A stretch of 64,000 nucleotides of DNA, taken from assembly GCA_964016885.1 (NCBI GenBank), contig OZ024740.1, forward strand, positions 407,774,001 through 407,838,000, read 5' to 3'. Source of the DNA: Eledone cirrhosa. Taxonomy: Eukaryota. The position numbers and the translations under genes are program-made. Shown one piece after another: positions 49,085 to 62,705 of the stretch (positions are counted from its first letter, which is position 1; every line of letters begins with the position of its first letter). The notes below the pieces were generated by a model. The model was not told the origin of the DNA. It saw only the letters and a program-made list of their open reading frames with translations, and did no database searches.

Positions 49085-50340
49085 CATCATCATCATCATC
49101 ATCATCATCATTTAACATCCATCTTCCACGCTTGCATGGGTTTGGACGGGAGTTTTCCCACTTGAGGCAAGATTGGTTGTCTTGCTCGTATAGGACTGCC
49201 TGGCGGGTTTTCTACGGCTGGATGCCCTTCCCAACACCAACCACGTTTACAGTTTGGACTGGGAGGTTTTTACCGTGTTACACGGCCACATTACAGCGTG
49301 GACTGTGTGTTTTTTTTTCATGACACCTACACAACCTCATTTATTTCAGACTGGATGTTGTGGTACCAACATAACTTTACATTGAAAGGGGTGGTGTGGA
49401 TGGGGTGGGGGTGGGGGGAAGGGGTGTATTTTTGTTAGAGGTGCCTACTGACTGTAGGTTTCGCTTTGTACTTAGGCAAGGCGGGTCTTCTGTATTACTG
49501 TATAGCGCCAAAGGTCTCGGTCCATTGACATTGTCTTGGAGAGGTGTAAGTGTGTGAGGTCGGAGTTTATCAGCTCGTCCCAGGTTTTTCTAGGTCTGCC
49601 TATTCCGTGGCTACCGTCTATCTTTATTGCGCTGCACTTTGTTATACAGCTATCGACTTTCATGCGCATCACGTGTCCATACCAGCGTAGCCTTCTCTCG
49701 AGTAAACAACATCTGATTCCTCTTATTTCTAATTTTGTCCTTAGTTCGTTTATGCTTTGCCGTTCACGTATATTACTGTTACACATCCAGCGGAGCATGC
49801 AAGCTTCGTTCCTCTCTAGTCTGCGTATATCCTCTGCACACAATGCCCAGGTCTCACTGCCATGCAACATTGCTGTTCGTATGCAGGCATCGTACAACCT
49901 GCCTTTCATTTTTAGGGAGAACCCTTTAGCAGCTAATAGTGGTATAAGCTCTCTGAACTTTTTCCAACCAGTTCTGACTCTAGCTACTGTACTTTCAGAG
50001 CACCCTCCCCCACTGCTGATTTTATCACCCAGGTAACGGAAACTGTCCACTATTTCTATAGAACCCTCTGCGCAATTGAAAGAGCTAGTATTCTGTGGGC
50101 ACTTGCTGCTACTTATTGCACCAGAGCACCGGCCACATGTAAAATCTATGTTCTTAGTTAGCTTACCTGTGATCCCACTACATCTTTTATGCACCCATAC
50201 TTTGCATTTAGGCCATAAAATGGAGTTTCTACCTACGCCTTTCCTACACCCCGAGCACGACCATTTCCCAGAAGGGACCGCCGCCTTATTTTCTTTCCTA
50301 CAAACTAGAACTTTAGTCTTAGCCAGGTTAATTTTAAGTC

Positions 50341-50343
<3 letters not shown>
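49084..50343 (-). mobile_element. RTE subfamily C, heavily 5'-truncated
   Basis: ORF 49472-50194 plus 3' UTR and tail. Confidence 0.93.
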
Positions 50344-50388
<45 letters not shown>

Positions 50389-50512
50389 TAAAATAACAGA
50401 TTAAAGTTTAAGCAAAGAATCGAGCCCTCTTTGGATTTTAGTCTTCAAATTTATTATTATTACTATATATATATATATATATATATTTTATATATAAACA
50501 TATATTATATAT

Positions 50513-50900
50513 GGAGGCACATGGCTTAGTGGTTAGAGCATTGGGCTTGCATTCGAAAGGTTGTGAGTTCAATTCTCAGACCGGGTGATGTGTTGTTTCC
50601 TTGAGCAAGATACTTTATTTCACATTGCTCCAGTTTACTCAGCTGTAGAAATGAGATGATAGGGCTGGTGTCCCTATCATTCCACTGCAAAATGGTCGTG
50701 GAGGTGCCAGGGCAAAAAAATCACCAAGCCCACACTGTAAAGTGGACGTGTAGGCGCCACGAAAAAAAAGCACCCAGCACTCAATGCAAAAGAGGTTGGT
50801 GTTAGGAAGGGCATCCAGCTGTAGAAATCAAGCCAGAATCAGTTCCCGTCCCACCCTTGCAAGCAGGGAAAAGCGGACGTAAAATGATGATGATGATGAT
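50513..50900 (+). mobile_element. CORE-SINE family 1, two internal units, RTE-A-type tail
   Basis: Match to the other copies. Confidence 0.9.
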
Positions 50901-50941
50901 AAACAAAGGAATAGATTGAATCAAGTTCTTAACACATTCAA

Positions 50942-51066
50942 TGCTTTACAATTGTTTTGGCAGTTCCATGGATCATTACACAGTCAAAAGGATAAATCTG
51001 TGTATAGCGTGTAAAGAAAAATAAAGAAAAGGAAAAAGAAAACCTAGTATTACCTCCTCAGAAGCA
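50942..51066 (-). ncRNA. Degenerate hammerhead-like motif with long stem II
   Basis: TGCTT-CTGAGGA-GGTA...TGCC-AAAA-CAATTG-TA/AAGCA (GAAA changed to AAAA). Confidence 0.5.
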
Positions 51067-51705
51067 AAACAAGTATAAAAATAAAACAAAATTCAGCCCT
51101 GTAAGGTAATGTGCAGGTAAGTGGAGAATTACATCTCAATATGATGCTGTGAAAGTATATTTACTACTATTAAAATACCACCATTATATAATTTTAATCT
51201 TGTTTTACTTCTGAGAAGGTAATGCAATGTTTCCATTTTCCTTTAGTTTTCTTTATACATATACACAAATTCATCCTGTTAACTGTGTTATGGACCATGG
51301 CACCTCTAAAACGATTATAAAGCATTAAATTAGTCAAGAACATGATTTAATCTCTTTCTTTGTTTAGATATGCTATGTGTATAAAGAAAAATATCTTTTT
51401 CAATAAAGATATTTCATTTCTTCCAACCATTATTACTACATAAGCACATTGAGCTTTGTGTAAAACTATTCAGCAATTATATACATTCTTATATAACTCC
51501 CTACATACAAATAGAGATATATTTCTACCCTTGCTATGTATATATATATATACACAGATAGAATGTGTAGCAACAAGGGTGGTGCCCCAGATGGCTGGAA
51601 CAGATAAAACAGTAAAAGAGTATATAAATATACATAAATATACATAAATATACAAATATACATAAATATAGATATACAAATATATATACACACACACATA
51701 TATAT

Positions 51706-51833
51706 ATCAAGTTTAGTATAGAAATGGCTTTAGTCCTGTAGAAGACATTTATATATTAAACTTGATGTTTACACTCTACTAATGTATTGGGTACTTTACT
51801 TACTGTGGTTACCCCCAATTGAACTCGGGACTC
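51706..51833 (+). mobile_element. Older fold-back mini-PLE, family of 27666-27864
   Basis: Arms about 51706-51730 / 51742-51766. Tail similar to the reverse complement of 27666-27770. Confidence 0.6.
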
Positions 51834-52854
51834 ATATATATCATCATCATCATCATCATCGTTTAACGTCTATCTTCCACGCTAGTATGGGTTTAGACAG
51901 GAATTGTCCCACTTTAGGCAAGATTGGTCGGGTGACTGTGTCTCACTCGTATAGGACTGTCTGGCAGATTTTCTACAGCTGGATGCCCTTCCTAACACCA
52001 ACCACGTTTACAGTGTGGACTGGGAGGTTTTTACCGTGTTACCTACATGGCCACATTACAGCGTGGACTGTGTGTTTTTTTTTGTCGTGATACCTACACA
52101 ACCTCATTTATTTAGGACTGGATGCTGTGGTACCAACATATATATATATGTGTGTGTGTATATATATATATATAAATGTGTGTATATAAAGGCATCCATC
52201 GGTCACTAATGACCATGGTTTTACCCCTAGAAAGTTTCTCTTTGAGACACAAGCCTGGGCAAGGTTTGTTCATGTAAAACTATCAGTCACCCATGCATAC
52301 CAGTCTCCCCTCTCCATGTCACCAATTTTGTCTAAGAGGAAGGCAATGGCTGATACACTCCTGAACTCCAAAAGTTAAATATGTTCAACTATTGCCGTCA
52401 TTATTAACAGGCGGTGGATTGACAGAATCAGTAGAGTGTTGGACAACATGCTTTGCAGCATAGAATTATGGGGTTAGCTTTGCCTTTTGTCCTTACAGGG
52501 TCAATAAAATAAAGTACCAGCCATGTACTGGGGTTGATTTACTCAACTTTCCCCTCCCCTTAAAATTACTGGCCTTGTGCCTAAAGTAGAAACAATTATT
52601 AACAGCGTCAATTCACTGGTATATATACAGTTAGTTGCTATAAATAGGTTTAAAAAATCAGGTAAAGATCCATTATAGACAAAATAATAAGTGGCCAGCA
52701 ACTGATACATGGAAATGTGTCTCTCAGATACCAGCTGACAGCTTTAACAATACCTGCCTGGCTGTCCAGTACTGCTGCTACTATCTCAACTACAAGAAAT
52801 TATGAAACCATTTAGTTGTGAAGCAGAATCATTAATTGCACAGCTATACCTATA

Positions 52855-53232
52855 CATCATCATCACCGTTTTACATCCATTCTTCTATGCTAGCATGGGT
52901 TAGACAAGTTGTCCTGTTGTGGGCAATGCCAGGTCAGGTGACCATGTCTTGCTTATGCAAAACTGATGTTGGCTTGATTTATACAGCTGGGTGCCTTTCC
53001 TAACACCAACCTCATTTACAGTGAGTGCTGGGTGCTTTCTTTCCATGCCACATACATGACCACTCAACAGTGTGGACTGGGTGCTTTTTTGTCGTGACAC
53101 TTACACGACCACTTTACAGTGGGAGGGAGGTGGGGGGTATACTGTCTATATGTTTCAGCTTCGGCTTGTACCCGTGGGAAGTCGGGTCTTCTGTATTACT
53201 GTGTAATGTGTCTTGGTCCTGTGTCATTGTCT
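52855..53232 (-). mobile_element. Diverged RTE-B-like 3' end
   Basis: Similar to the reverse complement of 31365-31740. Confidence 0.8.
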
Positions 53233-53464
53233 AAATATATAATTTATAGTATATTTATATTCCTTTATTTTTTTACTGGTTTTAGTCATTAGATTATGGC
53301 CTTACTGGGGCACTGCCTTGATTTAGTCAATTATATCAACCCTGGCACTATTTTTTCAAGAGTAGTAATTATTTTAATGATCTCTTTTTTGTCAAACAGC
53401 TAAGTTATAAAACATTAATACAATTAGACACAAATATCAAAACAGACATGGTCACACACACACA

Positions 53465-53503
<39 letters not shown>

Positions 53504-53899
53504 TACACACATATATATATATACATATATATCATTCATGTATAAATTATATTGTTATTTCTCTCTCTTTTCCCTGTTGTATTTTAAAATAGATTTATCC
53601 CATATATAAATCCTAAATTTTATATTTTTCTTCTCTCATATAATTTCATAATTTATATAAATTTATTTTCTGAACATCTGTGTATCATTCATATATAAAT
53701 TATATTTGATATTTCCCTCCTGTGGGTGCCTAGTCTCCCATTTGCTGCCTGCCTACCCTCATCATATTTCTAGAAGATCAATCATCTTCAAATTTAACTC
53801 TAGCATCACTATCACTAATATAAGGTACAAGTGCTGTGTGATTTAGTTGGACTGTGTGGTGGCTGGACTTCATGGTTTGAAAATGTCTTCTAGGTATGA

Positions 53900-56505
53900 A
53901 TCTACTCAGATATAGGGAATAGAGTGAACCTTCTTCATTCGAGGCATGGAAAGCTGGCATCAAACCCAACACAGATTCTACTTCCCTTCCAAAGCTCCCC
54001 ATCCCCCTTTCCAAGCAAACTCCAAAACTTCAGAGCAGCAATGATTAATGTAGGCACAATGAGAGGAAGATCAGGATAGATTGTTGAGATGTTAGAGTGA
54101 AAGAGATTAGATGTGTGTTGTGTACAAGAGACTAGGTGGAGGGGAGGATCAGCTAGACTCCTTGTTGGTAAAGAATGATTACTGGATAAGCAGAGTAGGT
54201 ATTTTGTTAGCAGAAAAATGGGTAGATAATGTAATTGCAGCACATAGAAAATGAAGGAATCATTAAGCTCAGGATAGTCCTCAATAGAACGACTGTGACA
54301 ATTATATCTGCATATACTCCACATTTGGGTCTACAAAATGGACTAAAAGATGACTTTCATGAATCCCTAATACAGACTATTTCTCTAGTGAATGATAAGA
54401 AACTATTAGTCATAGCAGGAGACTTTAATGGACACATTGGGCAACACAGTGATGGCTTCTATGGGATACACGGTAGGTATGGGTTTGGTGCTAGAAATGA
54501 GGAAGGATCCAGGCTCCTAAATTTAGTGATGCTAATGAACTGATGGTCTGTAACACTAACTTAAACAAAACCCTGACAACTACTTGATCACCAGAAAGTG
54601 AGATAGAATGATCGTCGTAGACACAAAGTCCCTTCCGAATGAGGAATGCACCTCTCAGCATAACTTGATAGTAGTGATTTACTAATTAGAGCTAGACAAA
54701 TTCAGAGATGGAAGGCAACCTGGAGGAGAAGAATATGGAATTGAAGGAGCCCTCAGCTTGTAACAAATTTAAGGATACCTTACTTGACGCTTCTGACAAT
54801 AAGGAAGAAGAAAAAGTGACATACGGATTAGGAGAACAGTGAGAGTTCCTGAAAGATAATCTACTTAAGGCTACAGATGAGGTCTGTGGCTGGAGCAGGG
54901 GTCCAGGGAGTAGGAGGGTGACTTGGTGGTAGAATAGTAGGGTGGATGAAAAATTAAGGCCAAGAGACAGGCATGGAAGGAATAGTAAAATGGGAGTAGC
55001 AGAAAACATTACCAAGAAGGTAGGAGAAAAGTGAGGTGCAAGGAGGGAAGGGGAAAGTAAAGCCTATAAAGTAAAATTACATGTTATGCAATGTGATGAC
55101 CCAAGGTGTGAGATATTCAGGATCGCAAGACAGTGTGTCAGGGAAAATAGTGGTGATGATGTGGGAGAGAAGTGTACTCTTAATGGCAATGGTGCACTTG
55201 CCCTCATTGAAACTGAAAAGAAGGTAACATGGAAGTGACATTATGAGAGACTGATAAATGAGGAAAATGTGTGGGAAGAAGATAACCTGCCCCAGGTGAG
55301 CCCTACAGAGGGACTAGTAGTACAAGTCAGGCAATTAAAGACATGAAAACAGGCAAAGCAGCTGGGCCATTGAGAATAGTTGCTAAGATGTTAAAAGCAT
55401 CTGGGATGGTAGGACACTCCATAACGACTTTGTTAACCAAGTAATACAAAGTGGTGCTATACCTAATGACTGGCATAGCAGTATCATTGTCAACTGCTAC
55501 AAGGGTAAAAGTGATGCACTAGACATAGAGAACTATTGTGGTATCAAACTGATGGATCAGGTCATGACAATTACAGAAAGGGCCATTGTATTAGGGATCA
55601 AATTAATCTAGATGAGATACAGTTTGGATTTGTGCCAGAAAAAAGAACCATAAATTCCTTCTTCCTTGTGAGGTAACTGCAGAAGTATCGAGCTAAAAGC
55701 AAACCTCTCTACTTAGCATATATCAACTTAGAGAAAGCTTTACACAGGGTTCCCTGTTCCGTAATCTGGTGGGCACTTAGTAAACTAGGAGTAGAAGAGT
55801 GGCTAGTGAGGGTGGTACAAGCCATGTACAGGAGGGCTGTCAGTAAGGTTAAAGTTAATAATGACTATAAAGAGGAGTTTAGTGCGCAAGTTGGAGTCTA
55901 CCAAGGTTCTGTGTTTAGTTCTCTCCTGTTTATTATCGTCCTCCAGGCTATAACAGAAGAGTTTAAAACAGAATGCCTTTGAGAACTCCTGTGTGCTGAT
56001 GATCTAACTTTCATAGCTGAATCTATGGCAGAACTAGAGAAAAAATTCCTGACCTGGAAGCCTAACCTGGAACCAAAAGGTCTTAAAGTCAACTTCACAA
56101 AGACCAAAATGTTAGTAACTATTAAGGAAAATAAAGCCCTGATCCCTTCTGGGAAATGGTTCAACTCAGTGTGTAGGAAAGGGGAGTGTAGAAATTCCAT
56201 CCTCTGTCCTAAATACAAGCTATGGGTAGACAAAGGATATAGTGGCATCTCAGATAGGTTAGCTAAGAATGCAGGTTTCACTTGTGACCATTGCACATGA
56301 GCAGTAACAAACACTCACAGGGAACAAGTGCTATCAAATTCTTGGAAGGTTCTGTAGAAACAGTTGATAGCTTTTGCTACCTGGGTGACAAAATTAGCTG
56401 TGGAGGTGGGTGTCTGAAAGTATGGTTCCCAGAGTGAGAATGGGCTGGAAAAAGTTCAGGGAGCTACTACCATAGCTAGCTACAAAAGGCTTTTCCCTCA
56501 AAATC
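53900..56505 (+). mobile_element. Old degenerate RTE (APE to RT), 3' end missing
   Basis: IIKLRIVLNRTTVTIISAY...GDFNGHIG; RT motifs with many stops and indels; PHD-like region still visible at about 56155-56300. Confidence 0.9.
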
Positions 56506-56619
56506 AAGCCTAAATCCGAAAACATTACTATTAAATATTTTATTATTGTTACTACTTTTACTATTATCAATAGTATGTCATCTTGATCCCATCACCATTT
56601 TATATAGATGGGTTTCATT

Positions 56620-57030
56620 CTACGTTTGAATGAAGTTCCATTGAAGTAGGTGGAGAAGTTCAAGTATCTTGGGCCATGTTCACAAGTGATGAAAGGCAGG
56701 AGGTGGAATTAAGTAGAAGAATTGCAAGAGTTGGTGCAGTAATGTACCAGCTTCAGTATTCAGAAGAAGGGTGGTATGTGTAAAAGACAAACTCGGTATC
56801 TTCAATTTGGAATTCGTGCCATCTTGGGTAATAGCCGAAAGAATACGTTCGCGAATACAAGCAGCCAAAATGGGGTTCTTCCAAAGGGTCTTTGGAGTAA
56901 TGTTACTCAATAGAGTGCATAGCTCAGAAATCAGAGTCACTCCAGGTAGAGCTGCTACTTCTCCGAATTGAGAAATTATAGCTCCAATATTACGGGCATG
57001 TGATTAGAATGTCTCAAGAAAGAAATGATA
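56620..57030 (+). mobile_element. Remnant of a different RTE-like LINE without the PHD insertion
   Basis: VEKFKYLG, SWVIAERIRSRIQAAKMGFFQRV, YGHVIRM. A probable related RT remnant is at 63780-64000. Confidence 0.65.
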
Positions 57031-58132
57031 ACTAAGCAAAGCAGTAAGCATTGTGGAGCAATACTTAAAATGATACACTATTTCTCACATAGAGAGTGTG
57101 AAACATTATCTCTAACTAGAAGTATATGATCTGGCATGCTGGACATCTGGATTGTTACTAGATATTCAATCAGCTATGTCTTTGTCACAAGACTATTTGT
57201 GTAGATCTCACTAGACTGGAGTTATTCAATAACAGAAGTAAATAGTAACCAAAAGAAAAAATACATTTGTTAAAATACATAATAACTTGAAAAAATATCT
57301 ATTATATAAAAGTTTTATTGTGCAATATCATCCTTATTCCTTAGCAAAACATTAAATTTTCACACCAATAAAAACAATTTTAATCAAAAAGACAACAGCA
57401 ATTGAATAGAAATTCAATAATGAATTTGAAATAAAGATTGAGATATAGCAAATTGTAAAAAAGTGACAGTATTGAGATCCAAAAGGGAGTTACAGCAATC
57501 TTTTAAAAGAAATATCATCAATTGCTACAGCATGAATGTTTATATATATAAATTAACCCTCAACCCTCTTTGTAGAGATTTATTGCTCTAGGGTGTGTCC
57601 ACAAGTGATAAATAGTGAGATAGCGTTTAAATTGAGGTTAGCTGTGAATACTCATGCTAGATGACTAATAAGCAGTCACTAACCAACAGAGGTAACATTC
57701 AGCAGAGTACTGTGCTCAATAGTTAGATCTATAAAAGACTGTGTATATATTATGACAGTGCTGAGATAAGTTGGATAGAGGCCACCTCTAAATAAACCTT
57801 GATTCTATAAATGGATTAGACTATGCAACTTTTCCCGCTTGAGCAGTTACATCTTTCATGTTCAGATGGGTCAAAGGTACAAGGGTTGAGAGCGTGGTAG
57901 GGTCTGCTCATGACTACATAAGTATCTATAACAGAAGTGTAGGTATAGTGGGTGAGAAGGAAATTTGTTATGCTACAAAGTCATACTTGGTAGCAAGTGA
58001 CAGTTGATATAGATATAGTAAATTAACCAGATACATGCACAAGAATTATCTTAGTCTTAATATATTTAACATGCGCACATTTACTTTGTGAAACTCTCAC
58101 CCCTATTTTGGGAAGTATGTTAAAGCCTATGC

Positions 58133-58508
58133 TTTGCTGATGAGATTATAATAGAACTGAAACATGTCGGAATTTGTTTCCTGTAATTGCTAAAACAACT
58201 GAAATGATATAGCATTTTTTTCTCTATGCATAATTTCATCTAGTTGTCTTTCTAATGTTCCCTGAATTAAATAGATTAAAGCCAACTTAGCTATTGCTTT
58301 TTATGAAGGTGTCACTGAGTTACACATTTAGAATAAGCTGCATGCCATGAAACTCTAGCCATTTGCGTATTACTTCAAAAGCCAGCTAGAAATAATTATG
58401 TGGTGGGGGAAAACAATATTAGTCAATGACATATAGTTTAATTATTGCAGTAAGTACATGAGACAACTCCAGATATGTCTCAGTCTTATTATGACCTCAT
58501 CAGTAAAG
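58133..58508. ncRNA. Two diverged hammerhead-like copies in convergent orientation
   Basis: Plus 58133-58172: TTTG-CTGATGA-..-GAAA-CATG-TC-GGAA. Minus 58467-58508: CTTTA-CTGATGA-GGTC-ATAATAA-GACT-GAGA-CATA-TC-TGGAG. Downstream flanks are also similar. Confidence 0.55.
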
Positions 58509-59529
58509 CAATTTATTTCTTCATTTTCAATGTGGGGTTTGTGATACTGAATATTTTTTATTGATTAGTTAAACACTAATTAAAAATTGTTGAATTTAAT
58601 TGAGGAATATTTTGAATTAGAAATGGCTACAAATCAATCACAGCAAAATAAATTAAAATTACCATAAGTACAAAATTATCTTCTATATTCTTATATGTAT
58701 GTTAATTGGCAGTTCATCAAACTTATAAAAGCAAGGATACTTATTGCTAATTCTACTTTTGGAGCCTGTAAATATGTAAAACATTTTCAAAAGTATGACT
58801 AAATCTATTTAGTTTATTATTTATGGCAAGGATTTAAAGTAGTAAATAAAACTAGTTTGATCTCTTGGCTGATATCCAAGTTAAGGCAAACTGTGTTGAA
58901 CAATATCAACATATTGTATCATGTATTAATTAAAATATTTTATATATATTTTGGAGAGGAGTGGCAATATGCTGCATTGGAAACCCATTCAACTTATGCC
59001 AGTATAGAAAAAGCTGACATTTGAACAGTATTGTGATGATGATGCAGATATTCTAGAAAGTTAAATTTCTCCTGTGCATTTCAGATGTTGTAAAAACAAA
59101 AAAATTAACTGTTTTTTTTTTATAATATTGATTTCTAATACAGACACAAAGCCATAATTAGATTGATCTTGGAAAGGATGGAAGGTGGGGTTTGAAAATA
59201 ATGAGAAGTGACTAAATACCATAAAGCATTATTTTTTATTTTTATTTTTTGTCACCCTACCATTTCTGCCAATCCCTGTCTTCCACTTTCCCTGGTACCA
59301 AGAGTTAGATGCTTCTTCACATATCAGTTAGCATGGCTGCTGACCTTACAAACAGGCTGGGGTGGGGGCATGTGTCTTGCTTACACACAGTCTCACATTC
59401 TACTGAGTGCACCAGCACAAGAGAGGTTGTCATGTCTTTATCTCAATTAAAAGGTCTTCCTAACCCTTATATGTAAAATACTAAAAGATAAAAGACTTCC
59501 AGCAAGTAAGGACGGTAGCTGGACTATCC

Positions 59530-60100
59530 AGTATAGTTGCTGAGATACTAAAAATATCTGCCATGGTAAGTTATGAGCTAATTAAATACATAATTAATAA
59601 AGTAGTACATGATAGAGTGACGGTATCATACCCACAAATTGGTGCAGTAATATCACTGTAAACTGTTACAAGGACAAAAGAGACACACTAGAGAGAGGTA
59701 ACAGAGGCATCAAACTGATGAACCAAGTCATGAAAATTACCTATAGGCACAACTAATTAGACATAACCATGCTAGATGATTATACCAGGTAAAGGTAATG
59801 CCAATACCTTTTTGTTTTTGTGAGACAACTGCAGAAGTATTTAGTTAGCACTCCATGATCTAGAGAAGGTCTTTGATAGGATGCTCTGCTCAAATGTAGA
59901 TGAATGGCTTGTGAGGACCATACAAGCTAGATATAGAGGTTCAACTTACAAGGTGAGAGTTATCAATGTGTACAGTGATTAATTAAATGTAGGTAGGGAT
60001 GCAACAGGGCTGTCATCAGTCAACTTTTGTTCATCATTGTTTTATGAAGTTTAAGACTAGCAGCCCTTCGAAGCTCCTGCATACTGATGATCTAGACTTA
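59530..60100 (+). mobile_element. Highly degenerate RTE RT fragment
   Basis: RGIKLMNQVMK, DLEKVFD, LLHTDDL remnants. Confidence 0.75.
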
Positions 60101-62013
60101 AAGGTTAACTGAGGTGGTTGCTCTATAACTATATGTAACAGCTTTGAAAAGTTGGGAAATGAATGTGACAGGTCAATGTGACATCCCACTTTTGTGGAAC
60201 AGAACATACTATTATATGTTTTTATAAATTGCAGTAAATCTCAATAAAGATGGGAACATTGAAAAGTTATGTGAAGATATGAAATGGTTCAGTCACTGAG
60301 AGTACTAGACTTCCTTAACTCTTTCATAATCATGATTCAAATGAACAATACTGCCTCTTATTTTCAAATAATTGTGAAGGGATTTAGTATTATAACTTTA
60401 TCATATTTATAATGAAAGACACTGCCAATTAAATTCAAATAATTTCCAAAATAATCAACAATTTGAAGAGATTTACTATTATAACTAATTTTTTTATTAT
60501 TTATCTGGTGTTTGAAACATAATGAAGGTGCTTGAATAAAATTATAATCAAAATGTTTAAGTAAATATAAGCACTTTAAAATGATTTTGTATTATAGAAA
60601 CAAGGGTGTTTTCAAACAATTTGGTATCAAAAGGATTAATTGGTTAAAGTTAGTACAGTTCCCCACCATTGGTCACTATATACATTAAATATGGTAGGTG
60701 TATCTGAAGGAGATAGTTATTACTCATTTACAATTAATGTACGTAAACAGAGAGAGGGAAAAAATTAAATAATAATTTAAAAAAAGGGAAGTGGGGGACA
60801 GACTCTACACTCCTGTCTGGATGGTATAATTCAGCTGCACCCTGCAGAAAAGATGGTAAAGGCATTGCCATGGAGAACACCCAGCAATACCCACTGCATC
60901 AGCCACTTGGTGTTAGTTGATGGAGATAAAAATATATAGGCAAGGTGTTCTGATGCAATGTGAGTTTGCATAAAAACACATCATTGGGTTTAACATACAT
61001 CTGTATGAAGTATATTGAATGGGTAGTGGTGAGGGTGGCACACAGACACCAAGTTCAAAAGAAGAGAGAAAAATGTTGTGTCTGTATGAGACAGAGAGAG
61101 AACATAATTTGATCATGGAAGAGTGATTAGATAGAGTTGGTGCAAGTATTTAAGAAAAATCCAAACTCAATATTTGGAAGATCCTTAGTTTTATTTATTT
61201 ATTTTTGGACTTTATAATTTAAAAAGAAAAAGTAATAACATACATAATGATACAAATAAAATACTTCACAAAAGAAAAATGTTCAGCACAATATTTTTAA
61301 TATGAGGCTTCTTTTAATACATAATGACTTTTCCTCTCCTCATTGTTTCTCATTTGTTATGTTTTTCTAAGACTTCAAGTATTTTGTTTCATATGCAATT
61401 ATTCATGCTTTGTAATATGCTTGTGTATGCAGAATGGAAGATAATATTGGATCTATTTGAAAACACATATAAAGACTCGTCGTTGCTGTCGATTATCGTC
61501 ATTGTGTTTGTCATTGTCATCATTATTATTTTTGTCATTGATATCCTCCTTACTAATTGTTGGTACTATATAAACAAAAGGAAGTGTTTAAATATTGAAT
61601 ATAATCTGCAGCAGTTAAAGATTGCATTTGTTTACTGCTTTATTTGTTTCAGCAGCTGTGTCAGCAACACCATCTTTTCTATCTAACCACACTATAACAA
61701 CAATTATCATATCTAAAAGATGCAAATGCTATGTAGGTCAATGCTATTTGTATAACAGGTAGAGTAAAACTTTCTACTTCACAGTTTGATTACTATCAGT
61801 TTTATAGTTTCATATATAATCTATTCTAAAATTAGTTGAAGATAACATGCTATCCCTTTTTCTACAGTAGGAGGGTATACATAGGTAACAATTCTAAACG
61901 TTATTTCTATTCCCCTTCTAAGTTCTAAAAAGGTTTTGTGGGGAAGTAGACTTATGAGAAAAACACTAATTGGGAAACAAGCTTTTTCTGTTTTCCTTTT
62001 AAGATTTCCTTAA

Positions 62014-62229
62014 CCATTTAGCATTTAAACCAACTATATCCAGCCAGAATTCCCTTACCTCTTTCTGTTCAAACTGACTGTAACTGGCCACTCATACTGA
62101 TGTTAAGGTATTGTTCTTAAATAATATCAAAATCTCATAGATTTGATATTATGTGAGCTAATTATGTGAAGTAAAGCCTTTATTGTGAAAATACATTAGT
62201 AAATATAGAGTAATGTAAATGCTAAAGGG
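62014..62229. mobile_element. piggyBac-like MITE, third copy
   Basis: TTAA|CCATTTAGCATTTA...TAAATGCTAAAGGG|TTAA. Confidence 0.85.
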
Positions 62230-62589
62230 TTAAAAGGAACTTTTATATGCAGAAGCCTACAAGCTTCATGTTTTAGCCTAAGTCTTCTACTTGCTTCAAT
62301 CATATTTAGCCATAAATAAGCTCTCTCAAATGCACCTAAATTTGATTTATCAAAAGCCTTTATGGATACAGACGACAGAGCTGATCAATAAAAAAAAATG
62401 AGAAAGAAGCTAAGAAGATAATCAATAGTTATAAATGATTTGGATGTTACAAATTACAAGATTTAAAGCATGACAGCCTCTGGGCAGTGTAACCCTCCAT
62501 CCCCTCAACTGCTCTAGACAACCAAAGTCTATCAGGATAAGATCACTTGATAGCTAAGTACTTCACTCACCACCATCAGCACAGAGATG

Positions 62590-62705
62590 AATACCTGCAG
62601 GTATGAGCCTCATGAGCTGGAATGGCTCTTCCAGTGCGTCTCCCTCACCATCCTCTGGGGAAATGCCTTCTCTATTCTGTCTGCCGGGACTGCAGGGCAG
62701 AGAGT
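62590..62705 (+). pseudogene. CRE-like endonuclease C-terminal remnant
   Basis: EPHELEWLFQCVSLTILWGNAFSILSA; DNA-level match to the reverse complement of about 24912-25025. Confidence 0.6.

Noticed and set aside
60314-60639. Second TTAA-flanked MITE family (also about 33600-33793)
   Set aside because: Terminal repeats too degenerate to support by eye
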